The position numbers and the translations under genes were made by a program. A stretch of DNA of 64,000 nucleotides from Anolis carolinensis. Taxonomy: Eukaryota. Where the stretch lies: NCBI RefSeq assembly GCF_035594765.1, contig NC_085842.1, positions 33,394,782-33,458,781 of the forward strand, read 5' to 3'. Positions 23,640 to 35,433 of the stretch are shown piece after piece. The notes under the pieces were generated by a model. It had not been told where the DNA came from. It was given only the letters and a program-made list of their open reading frames with translations, and ran no database searches. Position 1 is the stretch's first letter. Each line of letters begins with the position of its first letter.

Positions 23640-24762
23640 GTAAGAGAAGACAAGGGAGGGAAGAGCATTTTTCTCGGGTAATAGTAGCTGAAGGAGAAGA
23701 AGGATCATTGGGAGTAGGTGCCCACAGCAGACCTGAACTTGGATGTTGTTTTCAAGATCGTGATCAAGCTCTCATGGCCTGAAAAGGCAATCCTGGAGGA
23801 TTCTATTTATTTAATAACTTATTTATTTATTTCATTTTTACCCCGCCTTTCTCACTCTGCAAGAGGACTCAAGGCAGCTTACAAACTCTGGCAAAATTCA
23901 GTGCCCTACTGGGATCAGAATGCATTGAGTAGACTATCCTGATCATCCAAAAGGATGCATTTTCTGTTAATGAAGTTGCATCTGAGCCACAGATTGCCAT
24001 TGGCAACAGGTACAGGTTGAGCATCCCTTAACCTGAAATTTGGGATACTCCAAAATTGTCCACATGGATGGCTGAGAGAATGACATCTTGGCTTTCTGGT
24101 GATTCTGTGTACACAAATTTTGTCTCATGGGCACAATTATTGCAAGCATTATATATATAAAAACATGTCATCTCTGTGTATAAGATATACCATATATGGG
24201 ACATACATAAATTTCATGTTTATACTTGGGTCCATTTCTAATATATTTCATTATGTATTTTATATGCAAATACAAGTACTGTATTTAAAAATCCTAAAGA
24301 ATAAAAAATACTTCTGGTCCCATTCTGGAATTCTTAATTTGTAGCAGTTTATGGGTCAAATGCCATTGATAGTATCCTTCTGGTTACTTTTTTGAAGAAG
24401 TAGCATCTGTGAAATAAGGAGGCTGATGTGATTGGATTCATTTGCTGTACAGGTTTGTTGACCTAATATTTGTGAGACAGCATTCCTCATCAGCTCTAAA
24501 CCATATTGTTAATGGTAATGAATGTTGGGTTTGTAATTCAATACTATTTGAAGGGCCACGGGTGTAGGTCTATTTCTGCTACATCCCTTTCACCAGCTTG
24601 TATTCCTGAACACATGAGCAGTCTGGAGCTCTCATGTATAGGAAAGCCCCTGACTAGTATTTGTGGAACGTATCTGATGTAATTCTGGTCAAGCAAACTA
24701 GTTGCCATAAAGTCCATGGTTGCTAACATGCTTTCCCCATATGTTTCATCCTTTTTCTGCAG

Positions 24763-24823
24763 GGGGCTCAGATGATGCCTGGGCAGATACAGAGGACCTG
24801 TCAGAAGAGGACTCCGCCTTCAG
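24763..24823 (+). CDS. MTMR14: MTMR14 coding exon 5
   Basis: GGSDDAWADTEDLSEEDSAFR; CAG / GTCTGT; phases fit the neighbouring exons. Confidence 0.92.
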
Positions 24824-25424
24824 GTCTGTTGTTTCACATCTAGGAGGCTTGACAAAAGTCTTAAATTTCCTTAGAGTAGTGTTGGATATCATTTGACCAT
24901 ATTTGTAGCTCCTAAAATACCAACACATTTATTGGGCGGAAAATTAAAACTTCTGCTTCTGGAAGGTTTTAAGAGCAACTGCTCAGGTCTAGAACAAGAC
25001 TACTATAATCTATATGTGTTATTGTGTTCCTCTCCACTTAAAAAACTCTGGAGCTGAACTTCAGGGCTTTAAGGAGAAAGGGATAAAAGTTGGGAGGACA
25101 TAAGGCCTGGGACAGTTCCCTGAGATGGAAAATAAGCCTCATGGCATTCTGCAATTGTCTAATCCTGCTTTAGAGGATCTTCTCATTGTTGGCATGTTGG
25201 CAATTTATGAGATGCCTTTTTTGCCAACCTTGTGTTCCGGTTCTAGCAACAGTAAAAGCTGCACTTCTGCACTTCTTTCATTTGTGAGTGTTAAAGGTTT
25301 AGGAATCTGTGTTAGATGCCTTATAGGTGCTAATAGGGGCTAAATTTCCTTGAACCAAAATGGTGCTGAGCAAAGAAGATTTGGTTAGGGTAATTGGGTG
25401 GTAGAGCCAGGTGGAAGGCATGTG

Positions 25425-26063
25425 ATGATGATGATGATGATGATGATAATAATAATTATTTATTTATAACCCGCTTCAATCTCCCCAAGGGGACTCAGAG
25501 CAGTTCACATGGGGACCAAGCCCGATCAACAGATAAAACAATACGACTACAGCATATATAATTAAAACAATAATAGTAAAATAGCATGAAGAAAATACAT
25601 AGTGAGCATCAGGACTAAACGGTGGGGCTATTAAGAAATTACAGGGAAGACAGGCATGTGCAAAACTGCAAGATTCGGGAATAGGGTAAAGTGCTGAAGG
25701 TTAGGGCAGTAAATAGTTAAGACTGCATGAAAACGGACCTACTGTTTGAAAGCATGTTAAAACATCCAAGTCTTCAAATTTTTGTGGAATGTGTCCTGGG
25801 TGGGTGCTAATCTAATCTCCCTAGGGAGAGAGTTCCAGAGCCGGGGGGCCACCACTGAGAAGGCCCTCTCCCTTGTCCCCACCAGTCAGGTTCGTGACGG
25901 AGGCGGAAGCAAGAGAAGGGCCTCCCTGGTGGATCTAAGAGCTCACGCTGGTTTGTAGGGGGAGATACGGTCACGCAAGTAAGCAGGACCCAAGTTGTTT
26001 AGGGCTTTATAGATTATAACCTGCACTTTGAATTGGGACCAGTAAGTTATCGGCAGCCAGTGG
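25425..26063 (-). mobile_element. L2-clade LINE 3' fragment
   Basis: Minus strand reads HWLPITYWSQFKVQVIIYKALNNLGPAYLRD; tail with GAGTCCCC and (ATT/ATC)n. Confidence 0.8.
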
Positions 26064-26354
26064 CCGATAAAGATGGATTGAACATGTGGGTATTAATTAT
26101 TCTGCCTATATGTTGGTGTTGTTTTAATTGGAAGAATCTATAGCCTTATTTTCTACTTGAGGCTCAGTCAAATGACGGGGCATTCTCATTTATCATGTCT
26201 TTATGTGTGACCACTAATAAAGTACTTCTCTGCTGCATGAGGTTAGGGGTTTGCTTTGGCATGTAAAACTCACCCTGTATCTTTGATTCACTTTTGCAGT
26301 GCTGTATAATTTTCTTTCTTGGGCAAAACCTAATAATCTTGTCTCACTTTTCAG

Positions 26355-26477
26355 AAATGCAGATTCTCAGCTGTTTGACAAGGTCCGAGGACATGACATC
26401 AAACTCTTACGCTATCTGTCTGTTGCATACATCTGTGACTTGATGGTAGAAAACAAGAAAGTGAAGTTTGGCTTGAA
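26355..26477 (+). CDS. MTMR14: MTMR14 coding exon 6
   Basis: NADSQLFDKVRGHDIKLLRYLSVAYICDLMVENKKVKFGL; CAG / GTAAGT. Confidence 0.96.
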
Positions 26478-27436
26478 GTAAGTACAGATGTATGTGGGTT
26501 GTATATGCTCCACTTGACTGCAGTCATGTTCCATGCTAACAGTTCTTATGAGAATCACTATGGTGTGGTGATTACAGCATCCTTTCACCAGTCTGATGTC
26601 CTTCAAAAGTGTTGTGACTTTAGTACCCATTACAGCTATGGGACCTGTAGTCTCAGTTCATCTGGTTCACACCTAGTTGGTGAACACCTGGCGAAAGTAT
26701 GGAATGATGATGATTATTTTTTATACACTCTCTCAGCCTTGAACTAACCCTTACATAAGAGCCCCATGATAGGTTCACCTCAGACTGTCATAATGCAGAA
26801 ATAATTGATGTTACACAGCAACAACAATTGTTATTCTACATTCTGAGAAGATGATTTATACGAATTGAGAAATACATGAAATATAATTTTTCCTACCTAT
26901 TGCAATATGATGGCTTACTTGACTTTAAAACTGTACTATAAGAACATTGTTTAGTTAGGAAGGGCTTTTTTAGAGAGCGCTTCCAAATTTTGGCAGGAAA
27001 TAGCCTACCTAGTAATTATTTTTAGTTTCAGATGGCTGACTTCAGCAGTAAAAGGGAGATCCTTAGATTATGGCGTTTTGTATCCAGCAGGGCACAGCTT
27101 CTTATTAAAAAGGAACTACTGAACTTGATTAGACAATAAGAGCAATGGGTAATTTAGCAAGATCCTGCTTATGCTTTGAAGAAGGAATTCATGCTTAGGA
27201 TCGTGGAACCCATTCTTTTGATTAAGATGGGTAGGGAAGATTTGGTCCTTCAAGTGTAGGGCCTAAAGTTCCCTGTCTGTTAAAAGATCTTGAATGTGGA
27301 ACCATGCTCTAAACTTTAACACTTTGATGGATGAACTGTTGGGAATGAAATAGGAGAGAAAATTGGACCAAGTGAGATTAGCCTGCCTTTGACATCCAGG
27401 ACCAAAAGCGTAATGCATTTCTCTTCTCTTCCTCAG

Positions 27437-27510
27437 TGTAACATCTTCCGAGAAGGTGGATAAAGCACAGCGCTATGCCGACTTTACTCTTCTTTCCATC
27501 CCATACCCAG
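27437..27510 (+). CDS. MTMR14: MTMR14 coding exon 7
   Basis: VTSSEKVDKAQRYADFTLLSIPYP; CAG / GTATGG. Confidence 0.96.
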
Positions 27511-28299
27511 GTATGGAGGGAATTTTCCAAGAAGAAAGGATGCTGATACTGCAGTTGGGAATGTCTCGTGGGAGTGAATATAGCAGCTTTGGTTGGCTTC
27601 TGCCATGATAGCGCTGGGCACCCTGCATGGAGCTCCCTCTTTCAAGACCATTTTTCATCCTCTTGGTTTGAAGGGAAAATCAAGCTTGGCGTCACAAATT
27701 CACTTGTGTTTATGGATGGATTGGTACAATTTTGTGAGTTTGCTAATGAAAGCTGCTTACTTAGCCTTAAGACAAAGCACAAGCAACCTCAAATGGGCTA
27801 ATGAAAACAGTATTCCTTCTTGGTTTTGAGCATAACATGCTCTTTGTCAGAAACAAAAGTTGCCTTCCCCCATTGAAGAACGAGTTGTTCATCAACTAGA
27901 AAGGAAACACTAGCAGGGAGATTGCTTCCCACTCCCTGCCCAAGAGAATCCTTGGCTCCAACAGCTTACTGCCCTAGAGACTGGAGAGCAAAAGGCTTTT
28001 TCTGTCCTCCCACAGACTTGGGGCCTTTGGGAAGTTCTCCCATGCCTCCAAGGAATAGCATTGTACCAGTGGAGAGACCAACCTGGTCCATCCGTCTGCC
28101 ACCGAAGAAGCAGAATGCAGGCAGTTTACTTCTCTTTCTATGTCATTAAGTATACACAGAATTGAAGGATGAAAGAGCTCACTGGTTCCTATCAATTGAT
28201 GAAAGGAGTAAGGAATACTGGGGAGTATTCGAAATGGTTTAAAAATAAAAAAACAACCTAAGGTCTAAGCAAAAATCATGGTCATCATCATTATTATTA

Positions 28300-28960
28300 T
28301 GTTGTTGAAGGCTTTCACGGCTGGAATCAATGGGTTGCTGTGAGTTTTCCAGGCTGTATAACCATGTTCCATAAACATTTTCTCTTGATGTTTCTCCTGC
28401 ATCTATGGCAGGCATCCTCAGAGGTTGTGAGGTATGTTGGAAATTATGCAAGTGGGGTTTATATATCTATAGAATGTTCAGTGTGGGTGAAAGAACTCTT
28501 GTCTGTCTGAGGCATGTTTGAATGTTGCAGTTGGCCACCTTGATTAGCATTGAAAAGCCTTTCAGCTTCAAGGTTTGGCTGCTTACTACCTGGGGGAATC
28601 CTTTGTTGGTAGGTATTAACTGGACCACTCTAACAACTACCATGTCAGACTACACAGAGAAGCCATTGAAATCCACAGGCGTGTGGACAACTTCAACAGA
28701 AAGGAGGGAACCATGAAAATGAACAAAATCTGACTACCAGTATTAAAAAAAAACTCTAAAATCAAGACAGCAAATGAAGAGCACCACTCAGAAATCAGAG
28801 GAATTCCAGACATGAATCAATTAGGGCCAGCTAGCACCTTCCAACAAAGGATTCCCTCAGACCTCACAACCTCTGAGGATACCTGCCATAGATGCAGGCG
28901 AAACATCAGGAAAGATTGCTTCTGGAACATGGCCATACAGCCTGGAAAACTCAGCAACCT
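28300..28960. mobile_element. Penelope-like element remnant with inverted pseudo-LTR arms
   Basis: ~28332-28432 is the inverted copy of ~28862-28959. Interior reads DHSNNYHVRLHREAIEIH...DNFNRKE, like a Penelope GIY-YIG C-terminus. Each arm has a hammerhead-like core. Confidence 0.82.
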
Positions 28961-28967
28961 ATTATTA

Positions 28968-29114
28968 CAGTAGAGTCTCACTTATCCAACACTCGCTTAT
29001 CCAACGTTCTGGATTATCCAACGCATTTGTGTGCAGATCCCAGTAGGGTGGCCTTTTGCAGTTGGCAGATGGTGATTTTGTCAATGTTTATGTTGGATAA
29101 ATGAGACTCTACTG
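28968..29114. mobile_element. Short Tc1/mariner MITE with an unrelated internal segment
   Basis: Same TIRs as 4258-4580 and TA flanks, but only 147 bp long. Confidence 0.85.
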
Positions 29115-31078
29115 TATTATTATTATTATTATTATTAGTAGTAGTAGTAGTAGTAGAATCCCACTTTTATCTCTAAAAAAGACTTAAAACGGCTCACAGT
29201 AAAACCAATCCAACACATTTAAATCTAGAAAATATAAACATTAAAATTGAATTAAACATGAATGACAGTATAAGAGGAATAGTATAGCTAGAATTGTATT
29301 TCAGTGCCTGTTTACAGGACACCACTATGTTTGAACAATCCATTTTGCTTATGTTTTCTCCTTTGAAGTTTGTAAGTCTGCTAACTGTCCATTTTTAGTG
29401 TTTTAATTCGTGTGAACTAATTTGGGAGGTTGTCTTAAAAGAGGGATAAAATAGAACAAAACATAAACACACTATTTGAAAGTGCTCTTGTAAAAGATAA
29501 GACTTATTTGGAGGATGTGTAACAACTGACAGTAGGTTTTTTCCCCTTTGACTTGAGACTTGTGCCATTTTCTTTCATGGGAGCAGAGCCAATAATGCAT
29601 CATAAGTAGTTGATGCTGGAAAAATTGATGTTGCATGCTGGGATAATATGTGACTGCATAAGCCTCATGCATCTTGGGGCTTGGCTTGGCTACTTGCCTG
29701 CCATGCTAGAATTCCTCCTCTTCCACTTTCTTCTCTTTCTAAATGTTGCCTAGCATTTCCAAAGCACTTCCAGAGGAGCCAAGTGCTGTGCAGAAAACTT
29801 TGGCCAGCAGGTGTTGACCTAGAAAGTCCATAAAGTCTTCAAACATTATGGGATGTTCCTTTAGAGGAGTTAAATGGGGGTGAAATGAGCATATAAGCGC
29901 TCAACATCTTCTAATGGATGGGAACCCACAGTGGGAATGTTCTAATTAAAGTTGCATCAAGCTACGGATGAATGTTCACTTTCAGAACATTACTTTGAAA
30001 TAGTGAAATGGTTGGAGAGGTAGGGGTTTTGAGTTTTTTTGCACAGGCCTTCTTCCTAATATGAAACAGTTGAAGCAGTGCTGATGAGAATCCACTTTAA
30101 ACTGAAATTGCACCATGTTATAAACATATGTGCTGAAATGACCTAATCATGCGCTTCCTAGTTGGGCATTTCTATAGCTTTGGGATCCATGGTGCAGCTT
30201 TTCACATTCTAGTTTATGTGAAAGTGAGCACCGGTCTCTCCCTCCACCATCCAGAGAGGCCATTTTAAAAGAACTGTTAGTTTGTCACTCTCTAAAAAAC
30301 TTGTGGTTCCCTGTTCAGAGACCTTTTCTTATAGTTACATAGGAACCATGTGAATTTGCAGTAGAATGCAACAGTGTGGAAACAGTTGCTTTAAAACAAT
30401 GGTGCCCTCTAAATATTCTGGATTGCAAGTCCTGTCAGCCTTAGTGGAAAGACAATTAAATTCCAGAATGTCTAAAGGGTGTGAATGCCTAGGCCAGATT
30501 TAATCATGGGTGAGGCCAGTGAGATGAGAGGAGATCACTTGTTCTCTTTTCTGCTTCTTGTTTACGTCAACAGCATATAGACTTGTGGGCTTCCACTGAT
30601 ATGCCATACTTTTGCCAAACAACCTCTTCCTTTTCTGTGCCAGCTTGGGGATAAGTGCTGGTGGCTTGCAGAGATGCGTGCCGGTCTTTGAATGTACTCT
30701 TGGGTAGACATGAGGACACAGGCCCTTAAGCACTCAGCTGGTTTGCGCTTTTGGTGATGCGCCTTGTCTGTTGCCAGGCAAGAGCTGCTCATCATTGCTT
30801 GCTTGCTCTTCAAGCTCTTTTGATGCCTTGCTGCCAGAGGGTGCTGTTGCCGCAAAGCAGGATGGCTGCTACACTTAACTCCTAATGACAACCCAGCTCT
30901 GTCTGTAACATGCCTTCGTATTCTCTCTGTGTGTGTTTCTGTCTATCTAATTCCTATGGAAAAACTATGAGCTGTCTCTGCTTAAAATGGGTGGTTGTGT
31001 GAATTTTCAGTTTTGGTTAATCTCTACCTTTAGGCTTATTTGCTCATTTCTTGCTTTCCTTTCTTCTTCTTTGCACAG

Positions 31079-31149
31079 GCTGTGAATTCTTCAAGGAGTA
31101 CAAAGAGCGGGATTACACCGCAGAAGGGCTTGTTTTTAATTGGAAACAG
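31079..31149 (+). CDS. MTMR14: MTMR14 coding exon 8
   Basis: GCEFFKEYKERDYTAEGLVFNWKQ; CAG / GTATGG. Confidence 0.96.
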
Positions 31150-33330
31150 GTATGGGGCAGGCTATGAATCGCAACTGCTGCAAATATGTTTTATTTTGAA
31201 TAATTCTTTATTAACGGTTGCTTTTTGCTGAAGCCAAAAGGCCCTTTTGAATAATCTTAGGAGCAGGTATTTAGTGAGGTATCTTGCCAGCGAAATCTCT
31301 TTATGAACATCCTTTGTGCCACCCTGTATATTTTAAAAAGTTAATCCTTTAGTTATCCAGTTATCCAATTTAGAATCCAAATGGAGACCACCAGGTGTAA
31401 TACCAAGGATCTATGTGTAGATCTAGAAATGAATCGTGTCTGACATTCCAAAGAATTATTGTGCTTAGTAAGAATTGACATTAATGAGATAGATTGAGTA
31501 ATGATCTGCTGAATAGAAGACAGTTTCTTCGTGTTCTTTTTCAAAAACTGGTCCAGTTGCTTCCAGACTTTAAATTTCTTATTGTTGACCAAGGTGATTG
31601 GGACTTTTTGGGAGGTGATGCTCAAAACACCGGAAAGATCAGGGTTTGGGAACTACTGTCCCAGTTCGGCCAACTGTTTTCCATGCCAGAGCTCAACTGT
31701 GAGACAAATGAATAGGTGCAACACTGGAAGAAAATGTTAACAACATTTAGTGATCCTGCTTACAGTGCCAGAGTTTTGTCAGGCTATCTAATTCCATTTG
31801 AACAATAATGTATGTGTATATACACTCTTGTGTAACTCACAAGGAATGTAACACAAAACTGGTTTCTACAACTTTACCTGAGAATAAGTTACTTCAAACT
31901 ATATTACATATAAAGAAATTACTTTCAGAATATCAAAAGTAAAGTTACAATTTCCATGTCATAATCCAACAAAGGGTATAATGTTCAAGGAGTAAATAAC
32001 AGACATAAAGAGACAACCAAGTCCATATTATTCCTGGAGCTGTGAGTTATACAAGAGTGTATATACACATACATTATTGTTCTGTGTTGTTATAGATATT
32101 TGTGCATTACCCGCTTTCCAATTCCATTTCCCTTCTCTGCATCCTTGTGCAATAGATGATTAACTTGGTGGTCTTCATTGAGTCCCCCTAGGGGTGAGTA
32201 AAGCAGTATAGAAATGAAATAAATAAATAAACTTTCTGTGGCCATTGAGCAAGTTCAGCTCCCCATTTGGCTCTACTTGATTCCCACCCCTCATTTAATA
32301 TTTAGGATTATGGATTTTTTTAAAAACTTCTAGCTGTTTTTTGGTTTTGGGACCTGAGGACACTTCCCTGCTTTTGTCTCTCAAGTGTTTCTTTTGCTAT
32401 GTAAAAATGACACTTCAAAATTGAATTGTCCTGAAGTATTGAAAGGATGAGTTTAACACTTGGTCCATGTTAAAACTACTTAGTGTTTAAGAACTAAGGG
32501 AGTTGTTTTTCTAGTCCAGCATTTAGTTCCCATAGTGGCTTGCCAGATGCACATGGACAGTCCACAGGCAGGGCGTAAGAACCATAGCCCTTTTTTCACA
32601 GCAGATGATATTCAGAGGCATGTTACTTCTGATCGTCTTGGTCTTTTATGGGCATTGTATTTTTTTAGTCACTGATAGCTTTATATCTTCCATTAAATTG
32701 TCTAATCCCTTTTTGTATCAATCATTAAATTGTCAGCCATCATTCTTTCTTTGTGAGAACAAATTGCCTAATCAAGCAAAGTACTGCAATGAAGATGTTC
32801 TCCCTTTTATCTGTCCAGAAGCTTCTGTGATTCAGCCCCAGTATATGACCTTGGGAGAAGATTCAGTTGAAAAACATACCCATTAAAAATAACAGCAGTA
32901 CATTACAGTATTAAAACCCTTTTCATATAAACATCCCATTTCCATAAACATGTTTTTACCTATTGATGGAAGGGCAGGAAGGAGGGAGGGAGCTGGTTAG
33001 CTTCCCTACCAAGAAAGTTGTAGTGTCTGCAAGTGGCCACAGGGAAATCTCTTTCATGCATTCCCAGCAGTTATGTTTGTTATGGAAGTGGGATGAAGGA
33101 GAGAGAAAGCTTTCATTGGAGTATATAAAAGCTTTTTCTTCGTGTACTCTGTGAATGCACACTAATGGAGAAGCTGCGCCTGCGCAGGTTCCGACGGAAA
33201 CTCTTCCAAGCTGAAGTTCAAATTTTGGCGGTAACCACGCCCCCCTTCCCAAGGGGCATATAAGGCAGCCCCAGGCGCCCGCTCTCCAGTTCCTTTTTTT
33301 CCGCCGCAAGGTTCACTTCGGACTCTTCGC

Positions 33331-35433
33331 ATGTCTACTACTCGTTTCAAGCGTTGCACGCAGTGTGCTGCTAAAATTCCTGACTCGGACGGCCACGCCA
33401 AGTGCCTCTTCTGTCTTGGCGAGGCTCATGTGGTCAGTACCTGCCGTTTTTGCCTAGCTCTCACGGCTCAGGCCAGAAAGAACAGAGCCGCTAGGCTTAG
33501 AGCGGCGCTCTACGAAAAATCTCTCGCGCCAGAACCGACTCCGTCGACGTCGGGTACGTCGGCGTCCTCAGCTTTGAGAGCTATGTCGGCACCACCAACT
33601 AAGCCTCCGGCAGCCAAGGCTTCCTCGGTCTCGTCCAGAGCGTCCAAGACCTCCAGGGTCGCTAAACCGGTCAAACCACCGTGTACTGTGACGACGGCGA
33701 CCGTGTCGACCCGCTCCGGAAAGGTGGGACCTTCCTCGACGTCGAGCTCTCTGGCTTCGGTGACCTCGATCCGCTCTCGTATCGGTTCCCCTCCGTCCTC
33801 CTCTGCTATCAAAATAGCCTTTAAAAGGGCTCACGAGGAGTCTCGTCGAGCGCAATCCGACTCAGCTGTGGTTCCTCCCACACCTGGCAAGTCCTTGAGG
33901 GTTGCATCCAAGCAACCGCCGGCGAAGAAACGGCTAACTCAGCGCTCCTCCTCCTCGGCTTCCTCAAAGAAAGACCCGCCATCTTCCTCGACAACTTCCT
34001 CGAGAAGGTCTTCTCCTATTGTACCAGCCCAGAGGCCTAGAGATGTTTCTCAGTCTCCATTGCACCCCCTGTCTGATGGGGAGCTGCAGGACTCACCCCA
34101 CCACTCTACCCAAACGGTGGTTAGGGTGCCGGTGCCGGAGCCCCTTGCGCCGCCTCGCTCGTCGCGCCAACAGCTCTTCCCTCCCACCTCGACACCGGAG
34201 CGTGGCAGACAAACGGCTCGCCTGGCTCGGGCAGCCCAGGCCTCAGCCTCTAAGGACATTCGGCCTCCGGCCCTCTCTTCCCGCGAGGCCTTGCCTCCTC
34301 CCGAGACTGTGCTGTCTTCTCCCCCTCAGTCCCCCCAAGGGGCTGAGGAGGAAGATGTTGATGTCGACCGTCCAGACTCTGTCCTCTCGGCCTCGGTGGT
34401 CTCTCTCGGTCTCGACCTCTCTCCTCCCCACGACGCGTATGAGGCGGACCCGCCTTCTCCTACTGACAATGTTCGTGCTTTCGCTGAGCAAATGGTCAGG
34501 ATGGCCGACGCCCTGGGTTTGGAGATCAAGCAAACCTCCAAAGCAGTGTCTGACCCAGTCTTCAAAAGGGTGCAGGCCCAAGCTCCGCCGGCCACGCTAC
34601 TCCCCTTTCTGCCTTATCTGTTGGACGTTATCCAGGCCTCCTGGAAAAACCCTTCCTCCATTCCTCCGACCTCGAAGAGGATCGAGACTTGGTACCGTAC
34701 CGACGATGATACCCTGGAGTGGCTCAAACACCATCCCGACCCTAACTCCCTGGTCGTTAAGGCCTCTCAATCCTCAGGTCGTCAGTCGAATACTCCGGCC
34801 GACAGAGTAGGGAAGCGCTTCGACGCCGTGGGTCGAAAACTTTATTCCGGAGCCCTTTTGCTTTGCCGCATGGCGAATTATGGAGCCTGCATGGGTGCCT
34901 ACCAACAAATTATCTGGGAGAAGGCGCAGCCCTTCTTCGCTAAGATGTCGGACGAAGACCGCTCCGTCCTCACTACCCTCCAACAGGAGGCAGACTCGCT
35001 CGCTCACCACCAAATACAAATGGCGAAGCATACAGGTGATACTGCGGGTAAAATGATTGCCCACGCGATTTCCATTCGCCGCCACGCCTGGCTGAGGTCT
35101 TCGGGTCTCTCCTCATCTTCCAGACAGGTCATTGAGGACCTTCCCTTTGACGCGCTCGGACTGTTTCACGCCGGTACCGATGACAAACTCAAGTCTAATC
35201 ATGACTTTAAAATTCTTGCGTCTAAATGTGGCGACCAACCTCAACCTCAGCGCACTCGCTGGTTCCCGCACCGTTCCCGCCGTTTCCCGCCGCAATCTTT
35301 CAGACACCATTCTTTCAGGCGGCCTTCGGGCTCGAACAATCAAGCCCATCACCAACCTCGCCGGGGACCTCATCCGCAAAAGCAACGCGGTCGATCCACC
35401 CCTGCTCCTCCGCAGCCTAATCGGCGTACCTGA
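33331..35433 (+). CDS. DIRS1 ORF1 (Gag-like; N-terminal Cys/His finger, C-terminal LAP2alpha-like domain)
   Basis: CTQC...DGHAKCLFCLGEAH...CRFC; Ser/Pro-rich linker; RRHAWLRSS...DLPFDALGLF motif typical of vertebrate DIRS1 ORF1. Confidence 0.9.
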   Translation: MSTTRFKRCTQCAAKIPDSDGHAKCLFCLGEAHVVSTCRFCLALTAQARKNRAARLRAALYEKSLAPEPTPSTSGTSASSALRAMSAPPTKPPAAKASSVSSRASKTSRVAKPVKPPCTVTTATVSTRSGKVGPSSTSSSLASVTSIRSRIGSPPSSSAIKIAFKRAHEESRRAQSDSAVVPPTPGKSLRVASKQPPAKKRLTQRSSSSASSKKDPPSSSTTSSRRSSPIVPAQRPRDVSQSPLHPLSDGELQDSPHHSTQTVVRVPVPEPLAPPRSSRQQLFPPTSTPERGRQTARLARAAQASASKDIRPPALSSREALPPPETVLSSPPQSPQGAEEEDVDVDRPDSVLSASVVSLGLDLSPPHDAYEADPPSPTDNVRAFAEQMVRMADALGLEIKQTSKAVSDPVFKRVQAQAPPATLLPFLPYLLDVIQASWKNPSSIPPTSKRIETWYRTDDDTLEWLKHHPDPNSLVVKASQSSGRQSNTPADRVGKRFDAVGRKLYSGALLLCRMANYGACMGAYQQIIWEKAQPFFAKMSDEDRSVLTTLQQEADSLAHHQIQMAKHTGDTAGKMIAHAISIRRHAWLRSSGLSSSSRQVIEDLPFDALGLFHAGTDDKLKSNHDFKILASKCGDQPQPQRTRWFPHRSRRFPPQSFRHHSFRRPSGSNNQAHHQPRRGPHPQKQRGRSTPAPPQPNRRT

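Noticed and set aside
32956-33401. Minus-strand ORFs repeated at 38795-39132 with identical peptides
   Set aside because: They are translations of the DIRS inverted terminal repeats.
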